Assembly: GCA_026770705.1 (NCBI GenBank)
Contig: JANJGN010000126.1
Location: 806,001-870,000, forward strand
DNA from: Isurus oxyrinchus
Taxonomy: Eukaryota
Direction: 5' to 3'
Length of the DNA stretch: 64,000 bases
Below the pieces are notes generated by a model. The model was given only the letters and a program-made list of their open reading frames with translations, made no database searches and had not been told where the DNA came from. The position numbers and the translations under genes were made by a program. This document shows positions 39,600 through 52,800 of this stretch, piece after piece (the stretch's first letter is position 1; each line of letters starts with the position of its first letter).

Positions 39600-40690
39600 C
39601 AGTTAACAACCACGAATTATACTTATGTAGCGCCATTCGTGGAATGAAATGTCTTAATTTGCTTCTGAGTAGCTTTAGGAAACAAAATTTGACGAGCAAG
39701 AAAAGGGGCTATTAGGGAGGATGGCCAAATGTTTGGTCAAAGGGTTAGTTTTCTGTGGAGTACCTGAAAGAAGGAAAGCAAAGTAGAAAAGCATTCAAGT
39801 TAAGACAGCGAAACGAAGAGGTTCGGCGCTCATCAGCTGAAGGCATGGCCAGCATTGGTGGCGTAAATAAAATCGGGAAAGCTAAATTTGGTGTTCCCAA
39901 ATATTATTTCAAATTGATGCAGTTCGAGCATTTTACAGGGTCAGGGATGGGCGAGACCCGTGTGGTTCATGGTTGAGGCGGGGCGGCGGGGGAGGGGGGG
40001 GGTGCGGAGGAAGAGGTTGGGTGGGAGTGTGGGAAGGGAAGCTGGAATAAGAAGCCAAGTAAGGGAACTTTAGAATCAATGCTTTGATTGATCAGGGCAC
40101 AATGTAGTTCTGCAAAAACAGAGGTGATTGGTGAATGGCAAGTGGCGGGATAAAATATGGAGATTAAATGGTCTCAGTTCTACTGAAGGATTCGGATTCA
40201 CAGTGCATTAAAATAGTTGAGGTCCAGGAAATAAAGGCAAGAATGCTGGTTTCATCAGCCACTGCGGTAAAGTTTGAATGAAGTTGGGCAATGTTCCTGA
40301 GGTGAAAATAGTCGGCCTATCTCATGGCGTGAACTCTCAAAAACTCGTCCCCGTGCCAATACATTGCACCAAATTTGCAAACTGCCTAATGCAACCTCAA
40401 ACAGTGACAGAGAGAGTGTGGAACCAGCAGCGAGGGAACGGATGTTGTAGCTGGGCTTGATGATCACGGTCTCTCTATTTCTGACATTTAGTTGGAGTAA
40501 GTTACTCTTGATCAAGCACTCGATGTGGGGAAAAGAGCCTGACTATTTGGTGACATTGATTGTGTTGATAAAGGTGATGGTGGGGTATAGTTCATTGTCG
40601 TCAGCATACAGGTGAACATCAAAGATGTGGTTTCAGATAATATCGCCGAGGGGCAGCAGTTAGATGAAACATAAGAAGGGAAATGATGGA
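39600..40690 (-). mobile_element. Decayed L2-type LINE (RT C-terminus to 3' end)
   Basis: Minus strand near 40590-40620 reads DVHLYADDNE (RT catalytic YADD). Confidence 0.65.
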
Positions 40691-42011
40691 AAAAAGAAAT
40701 CACCATAATTTTAATATTTGCAAATCAATGCAAGCAAAGTCAAGAATGATGTCGTGTTTGTCACACCGCACTGATATCAACTCAGTCATAAATTAACAAG
40801 TGCTGGGAACTATTTTTGAATCCTCAATCATTATTTGATTTTAGTTATCACAGTTTGCCTACTGGAATACTCCATTATAACAGGCTGAGTGGGAGCATTT
40901 ATGGAGCTGACCGCAATAGTGTTGGGTGACGTTATGCTTTTTATTCTGCTGATAACTCGCTGGTCAGTAGGTATATGGAGACCATTAGATTTTACTTTAA
41001 CACTATTGCAGTCAGCTCCATACATGCTCCCACATATTTTGATAAGCAGAGAAATAAAACGTAGACAGTAATGATGGAGACCTACCCTTTGCGACTTATC
41101 CCTTTCTGCAGAACTACATTTCTTGAAAAAAGCACAGCATGAGAGAAGATTCATTTCCCATAGCTACTTACATGGGAGATTAACCTTGAAAATTAATCTC
41201 AAATTCATCTTTCTGGTGTGTTTCTAATAGTGGATGTGATCCTGAGCAGAATCTGCGCCAGCCAGTGTTGGCCCTAAATAAGTAAAAAGTAAAAGGCTTG
41301 GTGGGTTCAGGGAAAGCAACTAAAATTGCAGAATTTCAGGCTCCGTAGAGATGTAGAACATGGATTGCTGCCAGCCCCTTTTAGGCGAAATGCAACTTCC
41401 TGGTTGGAGCATAAATTAACTCCATATAACTTATGCTTCAGTTCCCTCCCACAATGGCGGCGCCGCTATTAAGGAAGAAAATTCCAGGTAACTGTGTTGA
41501 TGAATATGAATTGATTGGTAATTTCAAATTTTGTTATTCTTAAAATAGCCTCTGACATGACATCCATTTCTGTTACACCTTGCTCAGCGCAGCATTGCGC
41601 GAGTCAGTCATATAATCTTAAGAATCAATATTTGGCCTTCATTTTTAGAAAATATTTAAAGATGTGTCACATTCCATTGCGTTTCTAAAGTAATAATATA
41701 AATGAAAGATACTCAGGGGCAATTATTTCAATAAATACATGAGGTAAAATTTGAATTTCGATCGCCTTCTACGTTCTCCGAATGTCCAAAGTGCCTTAGA
41801 GCCAATTGCATTCTTTCTGAAGTATAGACACTGTTATACTCCTTAACACGTGGCAGTTAATTGATCACAGCAAACTCCTACAAACAGCAATTATTTCATC
41901 ACTCAATCATTTGATTTCGATGTAGGTCTGGGTATAAATACTGGTCGGGCGATGTTAGAACCTATTGTTGGCAATTAAAGAAAAGGACTAAGATGCTCTT
42001 TGTAATTTTAG

Positions 42012-42326
42012 AGACTACTCCCCCAATCATCAGTCTCTTCCACTCTGAAACTTCCGAACTAAAAGCAAAGGGGTTTGTGCAGCTGCTCTGCCTGATCAGC
42101 GACTACAAACCAGGACACATTGGGGTGACCTGGAAGAAAAACGGAAACACCATACGGTCTGGCTTTACCACTACATCCCCAGCTAAAACATCGAAAGGAG
42201 ACTTCAGCTCCACGAGCCTCCTGAAAGTGCCTCTTCAGGAATGGAGCAGCGGTTCCGTATACAGCTGCCAAGTCACCCATTCTGCAAGCAACAGTGACAA
42301 GGAGAAAGAAATTACATCCACGTCAG
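42012..42326 (+). CDS. IgNAR: IgNAR constant exon C1
   Basis: 315 nt between ttttag and GTGAGG. C1-set domain: PPIISL, FVQLLCLIS, VTW, SLLKVPLQEWSSGSVYSCQVTH. Confidence 0.95.
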
Positions 42327-44456
42327 GTGAGGAAATGGAACCAATTCACATGTTGGAAAACATGCTTACTTTATTAGTGTTGGATTGATTTGGATGCTGA
42401 TGCAATAATTTATCTATGAGGATTACAGATCCTGCAACCATCCGAGTGAGTGTGATAAGTGACAATTTTAGATGCAGTGAAACACTTCATTGAAAATTGT
42501 TGGGAGAGTTTCACCAGCATTGGCCAAACAACTTAATGTTGTTCTTTAAATGAGATAGTGAGTGTCATGAAACGTTGAATGGCCTCCCCCTGCTCTCTAT
42601 CATTCGCTAATGCACTGACAATGCCTGAAGTTCTGGATGGTCCTCGCGGTTGGGCGAATGTTACAGAAAGCACTTCTAATATTTCTTCTGATGAATACTA
42701 TGCTACAATTAATGTACACCTTAAGCATAATCTTTTATGATATAGAAAAACAATGTTAACAGATTCTACTTAAATTGTTCCTCAAGTGAATTGAGGTGAA
42801 ATCGAACAATGAGATATATCAAAAGGCTATATTTTCAATGAAAAGGATCAAACTAAAAGGCCCGGTTCAGATAATCATTGCATTTGCCAGAGTGGATTCT
42901 TTTCCGACTGGGCATCAGCACAAAAGTGTGCATATAAGATGAAACGGGTGAATGGAGTAGACAGAAAGTAAGGACGAGAAAGAGGCAGCAGAAGTAACCT
43001 GTCACTGGCAGGAAGTTGTGGATCAGGATATCCCCGCCCTGTCACGAGGGGTGAGGTGTGGAGGCTGGGTGGGATGTTGGGGGGTGGGACCAGGGTAGGT
43101 TGATGGTTGGGTCACATCCCCGCCAAGCGCAGCAGCCCCTGAATCAGGAGCATTAATTGGCTTGATCTGGACTTGTGTCCCTAACTCAGGTGAATGTGCC
43201 GCATCAGGGAGCCGTTAACCAATCTGATTGACTGACAGCGCAGTTTTCCCAGCAGCACAAATGGTAGCAGTGGTCAGCAGAGGGAATACAGAAAGTCCAC
43301 CAACTCTTAATCTCAGACTCCAGGTTCATGTAAATGTCGGTGTCTCACAGCTGGCTAGGAAGAGGCTGGGTGGAAGGAAGCGAGCATCCGCGATTGGCAG
43401 ATTTTAGCTGGTCATCCGATTTAGAAAGGACATGGTTGTGCTCAGATCGTGTCAGGGAGGGTAATGTATATGAGACGGGTCGTCCAAAGTAGAAAAGGGG
43501 CGATCCAGGCCACACCTGAGGAATGGTGGAAGGAGATTTACTTGCTTGGGGTGACTCACAGCTCGGCACCCACTACACGACCCTGAGTCCCTCCAACAGT
43601 GTCTTTGAAGGAGGAGACCTGCCTCCGTAAAGTTTAAATTGTCTTGCATGTCACTGTGATAGCTCGGCCTGGAGCTTTATTCATACCAGCGGTGGCAAAA
43701 TCAAATTCTTAAGTGGTTATTAATTTCCCATTTAAGGACCTCAATTGGCGGAGAAGAGCGAATGTATAACCCAGACATTACACCCTCAATAAATCAGGCT
43801 CGATTAAGCGCCCTCCCCACCTCAAAACACCTTAGTCAAGAGGCAGAATGTTCCATCCAAGTGGTCAATAATTGCTACTTAAGTGCCTAAATTTGGGCAG
43901 GCGCAGATCACTCTCCACAGCAAATTTGTGAACACTTTGGTTAAGGGCGGGAGGGTGGTGGGAATGTAAGCCAGGAGAATTATTACCCCCTCCGACACTG
44001 CCTGCAAACTTGCCAGCGGGGGTTGAACATCCTGCCCTACTGCTCACTTTCTGCGTCCCTCCCCTTTTATCCCTCTCTAAGTTTGCCTCTTTGTGCCCCA
44101 CCCATTCTCTCCCATATATTGCACCTTTATCTCGCTAAGACAGGTTTTTCTCCGCTTGTATTTCTGCTTCCCTTCCTCACTCTCTCTCTCTTTTTGTGTT
44201 AAGGTTTAAAGTCCCCCAGTAATCCTATATTGCTCTTCCGCTTCCAGTCACTCAGTCTAAATGAACAGTTCAAAGTGTGATTCATGTCAACATTCGTGTG
44301 AAAAGCAGAATAAGAGATTAATTCTAACAATAATCAGTGAAAGACCTAATATGACAAACTAACGATGGTCACTGATATTAAAATTCATGTTAAGTATGCA
44401 TAATCGTCAGCATTAAAGCCTCCTCGTGATTTTGATTTTATGTTTCTCGCTTTTAG

Positions 44457-44762
44457 AGATCACAGTAGTTCTCAGAGATCCCTCAGTTGAAGATATTTGG
44501 GTCAATAAAACTGCCATCCTAGTGTGTGAAGTGGTGTCCACAGGTCCCAATGAAGTTCTGATCTCCTGGAGGGTGAATGGAAAGGTGAGGGCTGCAGGTG
44601 TGAAAAGCGAAAATCGTACTCTAGATGGTAACGAGTACCTCACCATCAGCCGCTTGACAAGCAGCGTGGAAGAGTGGGAGAGCGGGGCTGAATACTCATG
44701 TTCAGCACAGGACAATCTATCATCGACTCCGGTATCAAAAAGCACACGAAAGAGAAAAGGAG
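44457..44762 (+). CDS. IgNAR: IgNAR constant exon C2
   Basis: 306 nt between ttttag and GTAAGT. LRDPSVEDIW, LVCEV, ISW, EEWESGAEYSC. Confidence 0.95.
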
Positions 44763-44848
44763 GTAAGTGATATATGTTTATATTCATATCCTCTTGTTTA
44801 CGGTTGGCAATGGAGTTAAGACTAACAGTGGTTTAACTTTTGTTACAG

Positions 44849-45166
44849 TGGAGCCAGTGAAGCCAAATCTTCGGCTCTTGCCTCCATCACCAGAAGAAAT
44901 TCAAAGTACCAAAGCAGCAACCCTCACTTGTTTGATACGAGGGTTCTACCCGGACAAAATAACCATTTCGTGGGAGAAGGACGGAGCTGCTTTGAGATCG
45001 AACATCACCAGTTTCCCCACGGCCCTTGAACAGGACCAGACCTTCAGCACAAGGAGCCTCCTCACTTTAACTGAAGCGGAATGGAAGAGCAGAGCGAGAT
45101 ACACCTGTGCCGCCTCACACCCACCTACACAATCCACCGAAAGTAAGACCATCAGCAACACAAAAG
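44849..45166 (+). CDS. IgNAR: IgNAR constant exon C3
   Basis: 318 nt after an 86-bp intron. LLPPSPEEI, LTCLIRGFYP, ISW, YTCAASH; donor GTAAAA. Confidence 0.95.
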
Positions 45167-46498
45167 GTAAAAACAGTTTCTCAGTATGCATTTTGCACAA
45201 TCAGGGTTTGTGCTTAAATCTACAGCAACACTGTAGAACGCGAACACTCACGATCAGATTCCTCTACGTTGCACGAACTTTAACATGTATGGGAACCAAT
45301 TAATGTGGCCTGAATTCCAAGATAGCACAAAGACAGTACAATGCTCAGCACTTAATATGTTCGCCTCTACAAGCAATTTGAGAATCCAGTGATAATAAGG
45401 GGCAGGATAAGAATGTCTGAGACTTTATTTCACAATATGCTGGTAATGAGCACTTTATTTAGATGGTGCTAAGCACACCTTAAGGCACACTATGTGGGGA
45501 TAAGGCAGTGCGCGGTCCACTTCACTCTTTGATTCCTGCTTCAGCAGTGAATTCAGAAACAGATACAGCCAGTTACCTGAGAGTTGAACAATTGAAGCAG
45601 TTTTGCATGATTCTAGCCTGAAATCCTACAGGAAGAAATGCATTAGAAGTCACAGGGCTGGACAAAATAAAGTCTTCATGGACTGAACTTCATCAGGAGA
45701 CCATTTATTGTGATCAGTTTAATCGCCTGTGATAAACGTTTTCATTTCTGGTCGTAGAGATTCATTCTGATGGAAGACAAAAAAAAATCTGCAAAATAAA
45801 TTACCCATGGCCCCAGTGATAAGGCCAGGAATTTTCAGATTTCCCGGGAGGCTGGATCTCCACACTTTCTTGAGTTCACTGATCTTGACGTATGGTGACT
45901 GGGTCCTGATAATTGGCCTCAGTGCCTCTACATTTGTGCAGTAGCAATAGTGCATGGTTTGATTCCCAATCTACAGTAACTACCCATGCACCAATTTGAA
46001 ATGAAAGGAGGTAAAATTGTGTGTGATGCCTTCACGGCATAATAACTTGCTGGTACTTTTTGCATATGCGGGTTCATGGAGATGAACCATTGGCTTATGT
46101 TCGAGAGGTGACGAACAAAACTTACTAGTGAGCAATGGCAGTAGAGGGGCAAATACTGCGACTGACGCAGCCCCACTCCCTTAAAGCTCGAGCCCCAACT
46201 GATCGCTGAGCATGTCTGCATTGCAATAACAACCTATTCATAACAATATTCTCTAAGTTAGGCTGTCGTTCCTCACTGGGCTAACCAAACTGAACCGGTG
46301 GCTCTTGGAAGTTACAGTGGTCTGGGCGTATCCAGTAACTGAGGACAGACTCTTTATTTGCTCCTTCTATGACCTGGGGAGGCATCGCAGAAGCCGACAT
46401 GGTTGCACCTCTGCTGATGGCAAGAGTGGACGGGGCTGTGGTGCATTCACAGTAAAATAGCATGCTGATACACTTTCTCCTTGCTGACCCTCTCACAA

Positions 46499-46872
46499 CG
46501 GGATGTGGTCTTCGCTGACTGGGCCAACACTTTTTGCCCATCCCTAGTTGCCCATCAGAAGGTGGTGCTGAGCTGCTTTTTTCAACCACTGCTGTCCATG
46601 TGGTGTATGCACAACAACAGTGCAGTTAGGAAGGGAGTTTCAGGGTTTTGACCCAGTGGCAGTGAAGGGAAGGCAACATATTTCCAAGACACAATCCTGA
46701 GCTGTAAATATCTTTGTCGTCCCTGTCACTGTCATTGGGTCAAAATCCTGGAATTCCCTTCCTAACAGCGCTATGGATTGCAACGGTTCTAGAAGGCAGT
46801 TCACCACCACCCTTTCAAGGGCAATTATGGATGGGCAAGAAATGCTGGCCCAGGCAGCGAACCCACATTCTG
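46499..46872. mobile_element. Two family-A LINE 3' ends in inverted orientation
   Basis: About 46499-46673 is the reverse complement of about 46716-46872 (e.g. ttttgaccca/tgggtcaaaa, gttaggaaggga/tcccttcctaac, ttgcccatcc/ggatgggcaa). Confidence 0.75.
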
Positions 46873-48404
46873 AGGACGAAAGGAAATGGACATTTGACAG
46901 AGACACTCAAAGTGACATTCTACTTTGGATCTTTTACCTTAAAATAATGTTTATGTGATACAGTTAAATGTCTCATGTTGGTTCATTTAGTTAAAAGGAA
47001 ACCGTTAGAAAATAACTTGAAACATCCGCTTTTCTTTGCTAGAAGGATGTTCTGAACATTGCAATGTTGAAATCAGCCCCTTTCAAACACGGGGACCTTT
47101 TTCTATTAAATGGTTGCAAAATTCCTTCTCGTGGATACTCAGTTTGCTGTTTAAACTCATTGAGATGGCTCGTTTTATTACACTGTCATTATTTTTTTTC
47201 ATTTCCTCATTCCCTCTAAATATTTTCTTTTGCTGCAAAATGAGGAGAGAATATACTTAGGAAGAATGTCAAAGCTTTCGAGAGACTGCTGCAAGGGATT
47301 GTGAGAAATATTTCAGGGTTACGGGAAACAATAATAAAGGTAGATTTTAAAGGGAAGGGCTGTTCCCTTTGGATAAGAGGAGGTTGAGAGGAGATTTGTT
47401 AAGTGATTAAATCAGACACCCCAACAAGGAAGTAAGTGGTCACATTTGACAGTCTGGATAAACGTTGGTCTTTCAGGGAATCAAAGGATATGTGTAGTGG
47501 GCGGGGAGCTGGAGATGGAGACGAAGGTCATGATCGTAGTTAATGGCTGGCGAGCCTTCAGGGATCGAATGGCCTGCTGCTGCTCTGATCACTTATGTTC
47601 TTGTTTCTCTGACCAGAAGTAGAATTTTATTTTTTTAAAAACTACTCCACACCCCAACACCCCACCCCCCACCCCCCCCCCACCCATTTTTGTTAGTAAA
47701 CCTGTTGTTGCTATCAATGCAGAGATAGTATAGAAGGCCTGTCCATTGTCACTAATCTAAACTTTGAGTACCTCTGGGCCAGGTATATCATGGTAAACTG
47801 ATGGATTTCCTCATTTTACATCCTGCAAAATAGTTGTTTGCTTAAACTCAAAATTCCAGTGGCACTCCTTCTGAACTGGGTGGTATTTTACTCTCTGTAA
47901 AACATTCCACTCTCCAAGTGAGTGAGTGATTTTAGTGTCAAAAAATGCAGAACATCTACAAAGTTTTGTTCAGGGCACGCGTCCGCCCTTTAATCACTCC
48001 CGGGAATATCAATTTCGGGCCAAAAGTTTGGGTCATAAATAAAGGGAACTTTTAATTAAGTTACATGAGTAGTGAAAAAAATCGGCACCTAAAGGCCACT
48101 AGACAGCGTTTGACCTCCAGTATCAGCGCAAATAAAATAAAATATTCAGTCCCTGTCAGAGTAATTGGCGAGCCTGGAAACAATTGCAGAGAATATTATT
48201 CAGAACACGATCCATGGAAGCCGTAGGGATGAAAACAATAAGTCTAGGAGAGCACAACGTCCTGTTATCTCAACCAGCGACAGGATAATAACAACTCAAT
48301 CACGTCAGTAAGTATTGTTTCACATTTTTTTTAGCATTCTGCAGTGGTTGTCATCCGTGATTTCAACATGAGAGCTTGAAACAACCATTCGTTTTTCTTT
48401 CCAG

Positions 48405-48725
48405 CTGATTGCCCGGAGTCAGACATTTCTGTCAGTATATTGAACCCTCCGTTTGAAGAGATATGGGTTCAAAAGACAGCGACCATTGCTTGTGAAATCC
48501 TTTACAGTGATTTAGAAAACGTCAGCGTGTCCTGGCAAGTGGATGGGAGAATGAGAACGGAAGGAGTTGAGACCCAGAATCCTGAGTGGAGTGGTAGCAG
48601 TTTGGCCATCGTGAGCAAACTGACTGTCACTGCAGCAGAGTGGGACACTGGGGTGGAATATGTCTGTCTTGTAGAAGGAAGTGAATTACCAACACCAACG
48701 AGACGCTCAACAAGGAAATTAAAGG
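48405..48725 (+). CDS. IgNAR: IgNAR constant exon C4 (N-terminal extra Cys, ADCPES)
   Basis: 321 nt between tttccag and GTAAGC. NPPFEEIW, IACEI, VSW, EWDTGVEYVC. Confidence 0.95.
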
Positions 48726-49171
48726 GTAAGCACAGATAACACTCGTTAAGAGACTGGTCCAATTGCCAATGGCCCCAAACGAAAATAAAAGAAGCAGGCC
48801 AACCGTTAAATGCTAGCATAATCAATGAAATACAGTCCTGGGTCCGACCAGTCACCACATTGATGAAAACTATGGTAAAGAAAATGTACGAAATGTGAAA
48901 CTGCTGCTCCCCCCACGCCCAACAGTGTCAGCATTTCTTTAAATTGCTTTCTCCAACTCTATGGGGAAAAAATCGGGTCACAAAGCAACTGATTAAAAGA
49001 AAAAATATGAATGACAGCCATGTGCTAGGAATAAGATCTTTAAACCTCAGAGATAGGAAATATTCCAAATTTCCAAATATACAGTATTTCTAAGAGAAGA
49101 AAATGGTTATTGAAGACTAAACAATACACAGAGTCAGATTAAAACGTATTTCTATATTTCTCTCTTTACAG

Positions 49172-49554
49172 TTGGCACAATGATTAGTCCCAAAGTCTAC
49201 ATTCTGTCTCCGTCAGAGGACGAGATTGACACTGAGAATACGGCAACTCTGATGTGTCTCGCCACCGGTTTTTATCCTGCTGAGATTTACATCGCTTGGA
49301 TGGCCAATGACACCCTTCTGGATTCAGGTCATCCGAGCCAGCCGGAGAGCGAGAAGGGAAATGGTTCCAGCTTCTTAGCCGGCAGATTGAGACTCACCGC
49401 TGCCGAGTGGAACACTGGCACCACTTACTCCTGTTTAGTGGGCCACCCGTCCCTCGGGAGGAATTTAATCCGAAGTATTAATAAATCCCATGGTAAACCT
49501 ACTTTAGTTAATGTTTCGCTTGTCCTAACCGACAGTGTTAAATCGTGTACATAA
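49172..49554 (+). CDS. IgNAR: IgNAR constant exon C5 plus secretory tail (GKPTLVNVSLVLTDSVKSCT-stop); internal donor at 49492/49493 for the membrane form
   Basis: PKVYILSPS, LMCLATGFYP, YSCLVGH. The tail has the NVS sequon and penultimate Cys typical of IgM/IgA/IgNAR tailpieces. Confidence 0.96.
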
Positions 49555-49880
49555 CCCACCATGATTGACCAGGCCTTTCCTGTAGAAATGTCACCGCTGT
49601 GAGGTTCCTAATTATTTCAACATTGGAATCAGCAAATCTCCCAATCATCTGACCTCACAATCACCCTCCAGAGCTGCGACCGACTGTTTCGACATTTTGC
49701 TAATACCCGAATCTATATCATTCAATGAGGGAAAACCATGGTTAGGATTTCATATTCCCGAAAAAGCTTAGTAGCATTTGAAACAAGTTGCCACATTTTC
49801 AAAAATCTCATGAAGGATTTAGTGACGCTATTTGATATGCATAATATGGTTGGTTTGTCTGTATGTGGTAGAATGCTTAT

Positions 49881-49886
49881 AATAAA
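49881..49886 (+). terminator. Probable polyadenylation signal of the secretory mRNA (AATAAA)
   Basis: First AATAAA I found after the secretory stop (about 330 bp downstream); another lies at 50142. Confidence 0.6.
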
Positions 49887-52800
49887 TGCAAAATGAAAAC
49901 TTGCTGCCTTGCCTATTCATGGTTTGTGTGTGTGTGATATCTCCGTGATGATCATTAATAATTTGAAGCAAAATTATAAGATATATATGTTCTAATATCC
50001 AAATGTGCAACACGTGTCTGTTCCCCCACTTTTAGAAATACTTGTGCTGCTTTCAAGCAGTTTACACAAAGCATCAGCGTTCTTTCGGAGATCCTGTCAC
50101 TTATTCTTTGGCAATGAAGTATTTACCTAGAGGGCGGATTGAATAAATTGGAGGAAGGTACGCTCAATCTTTATAGTGATCAACATTCACCAAAACCGAT
50201 GTTTGAATGTTTTCACTCTGATAAATCAATTCTAGCCAGCAAATCACCTAAAATTGAGAGTCTTCTAGCTTCTGACTATTTACTCATCTTCTATGTTTCA
50301 ACCCAATGATGCACCTCAACCACATCATTCTAAATCGCAATTCTTTATCCCATTTGGCTGCTGACGATGGGCTACCTCACTGACCGTTCTCTGTATTCTC
50401 CACTGCCTTTCACTTTTGCGCTGCATGTCTAAGCAGTCAATGTTAAGTGAGTACAGGTTGTCTCCTTGAGGATCGCAAAGCTATCGTCTTTGAAGCCCAC
50501 CACACAATCCATTCCCACGACTTTGCTTCCAAGGAAAAATCATCCAAAATTCTTGAGCTGGTGGCCCAATTCACGGCATGTCCCCATTTAACCATCACTC
50601 TTGTGCTGGCTCCAAGTCAAATAACTACACAATTTGAAACTTCTTATCACTGTTTTTAAATACCTGGCTTCTCTCCTCAATAAACTGTTTCTTTTTAAAG
50701 TATTCATTCGGCTAGTTTTTGTGTCTCTGGCAAGGTCATGTTTTGTCCCTAATTTTCCTAGAGAAGATGGCAGCGACCGTTTCTGTTGAACCGTTGCAAA
50801 CCACGTGGCCTATGACGCGCACAATACTGTAAGGGTTTACAGGATTTAGACCCAGGATAAATGATGGAATGGTAATTTAGTGGCAAGGAAAGATGGCGTT
50901 CAACTTGGAGGAGCGTTTTTAGATGGTCGTTTTCCCATGCATCTGTTTTCCTTTCTTTTCTAGATTGTAGTGGTTCTGCATTTGGAAATTGCTGTCAAAG
51001 TAGTGTTAGGGGAATGGCTGGAGGGTCTCTTGTAGATGGATCACACTGCTGCCGCTGTGTGTCGGGAGTGAAGAGAAAAATGTTTAAAAAGTTTAACATT
51101 TTGCCGACCAAAAGGGAAACTTTATGCTGGCTATTGCACCAGTCAGCCTGCCCTCCCGGATCTCCATGTGCCTTCAATTCAGATTTCGTGTACATGCTCA
51201 ATTTTATTTCTTTCGTCTTAATTATTTCATGGGATGTCGCTGGCAAGGCCAGCACTTCTTGCCGAATTGCCCATGAGCTGATGTATTTCTAAGCCATGGT
51301 GGAGGGCAGTTTAAAGTCAACGAAACTGGTGTGGTCCTTGAGTCACATGTAGGCCAGACCATGTAAGGATTTCCGATTTCCTTCCGTCAGGGGCATTAGT
51401 GAAGCACATCTGGTTTACAGCAGTCGGTGGTAGTTTCGTCGTCACCATTACCATGGTGATTTCTACTATTACTTGTTCACTGACATCACCGTTATGCCAA
51501 AAGCTCCCCATATCACCTATAGAATATGGGCGTCAGCTGCCCAAACAGTAAGCTCTACACATGCATCGTTAAACCTGTCCGCTGCTTTAACCTATCTCTG
51601 CTACTTCAAGAAATGCATTTAAGTAACAATATTTTACAAAGATTTGGTTACTTGACCTGATTGGATCTTCCTTGACTTGGCATCAGGTGCAGTCTGATTT
51701 TGCTCCCATAAAACACTTCGAGGCTTTTTCCCCACGTTTATCGTGCTGCAAAAGTGCAACTTGATGTTGTTGTGCAATGAACGATCAATATGTATAATTT
51801 CCAAAGATCGCATTCGGAGGTATGCATTGTTTTGAAATTATTCCTGTATTTTTATTTTTAATCACAGCGGACATCATTAAAATTTTCCTGGTTTCTGAAT
51901 CAGAAGGTTGTGGATTAATCTCCTTTCCACAATTCTGGCACTTGATTAAGGCTCATATTGCAGTCGAACAGTGTAAAGGGTACTGAAGTCTTCCCCCTTG
52001 TTTACGTGCATCAGGCCGCTATTCATTGTGCCCTGTTGAAAAATAAACTAAAATTAAAGGCGCAGATCGGAGAGTTCGTTGGCAGGTCGCCTTACCAGGC
52101 AGTCCACAAACATCCTCAGAATATGAAAAAGACCCAATAAAGTTTCTATGGGCAAAGCAAGAACATGTCAACCAGGGATCATTGCACAGTTCACCTTCTG
52201 GACAGTGCATTCTGGCATAACTTTCTGTTATACTGCGTTTGCTAAGTGAGAAACATAGCAGGAGTACAATATTTCATCCATTGTTGATATGAAATCTCAG
52301 CCATGTCACAGAAAAATGTATGCATGGTCATGTAGAGAATATATGTCCAGGTGACTGTCTTGATGCACCTGCCATGACTGACTGACCCAGAGTTAAGCAA
52401 ATGTTGCTGAGTCTCTGAACCTCCAGTACTTGGAGCTGCTCTTTTATGTCTTGTGGGATCACTCCATGCTGGAAAACATCTCGCTGAGTGAAGGAAGCAG
52501 TCTTCTAAAGGGTCTGGCAGCTATCTATGTTGGATGCTCATAGAGTGGCAATTATCCAAGAAAAGAAGGAGGCCATTCGGCCTATCTATCTGCCGAGTGT
52601 TTGGTGAAACTGTGGATATTACACGTAATATCCCTTACTTCGCACACGTTCAAGTGCAATTGGTTAGTGAACACAACCTATATCTGTGTCCTGCACAATG
52701 TCAGTCTTTGAATTATCTTGGTACTATTCAGTTGTGTTGACTCACCAATACAGATATTTCTGTAGATTGCCTGATCCTACAATGCATAATCAGCTCATAT

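Noticed and set aside
32333-42011. Class-switch (S) region or extra J/hinge exons
   Set aside because: No tandem AGCT/G-rich repeat array and no further RSS-J or credible exon seen.
30679-49554. Alternative identity as IgW, IgM or NAR-TCR
   Set aside because: CDR2-less V, three D segments, five C exons with IgNAR-type sequence and an Ig secretory tail; no supporting TCR-delta V or C.
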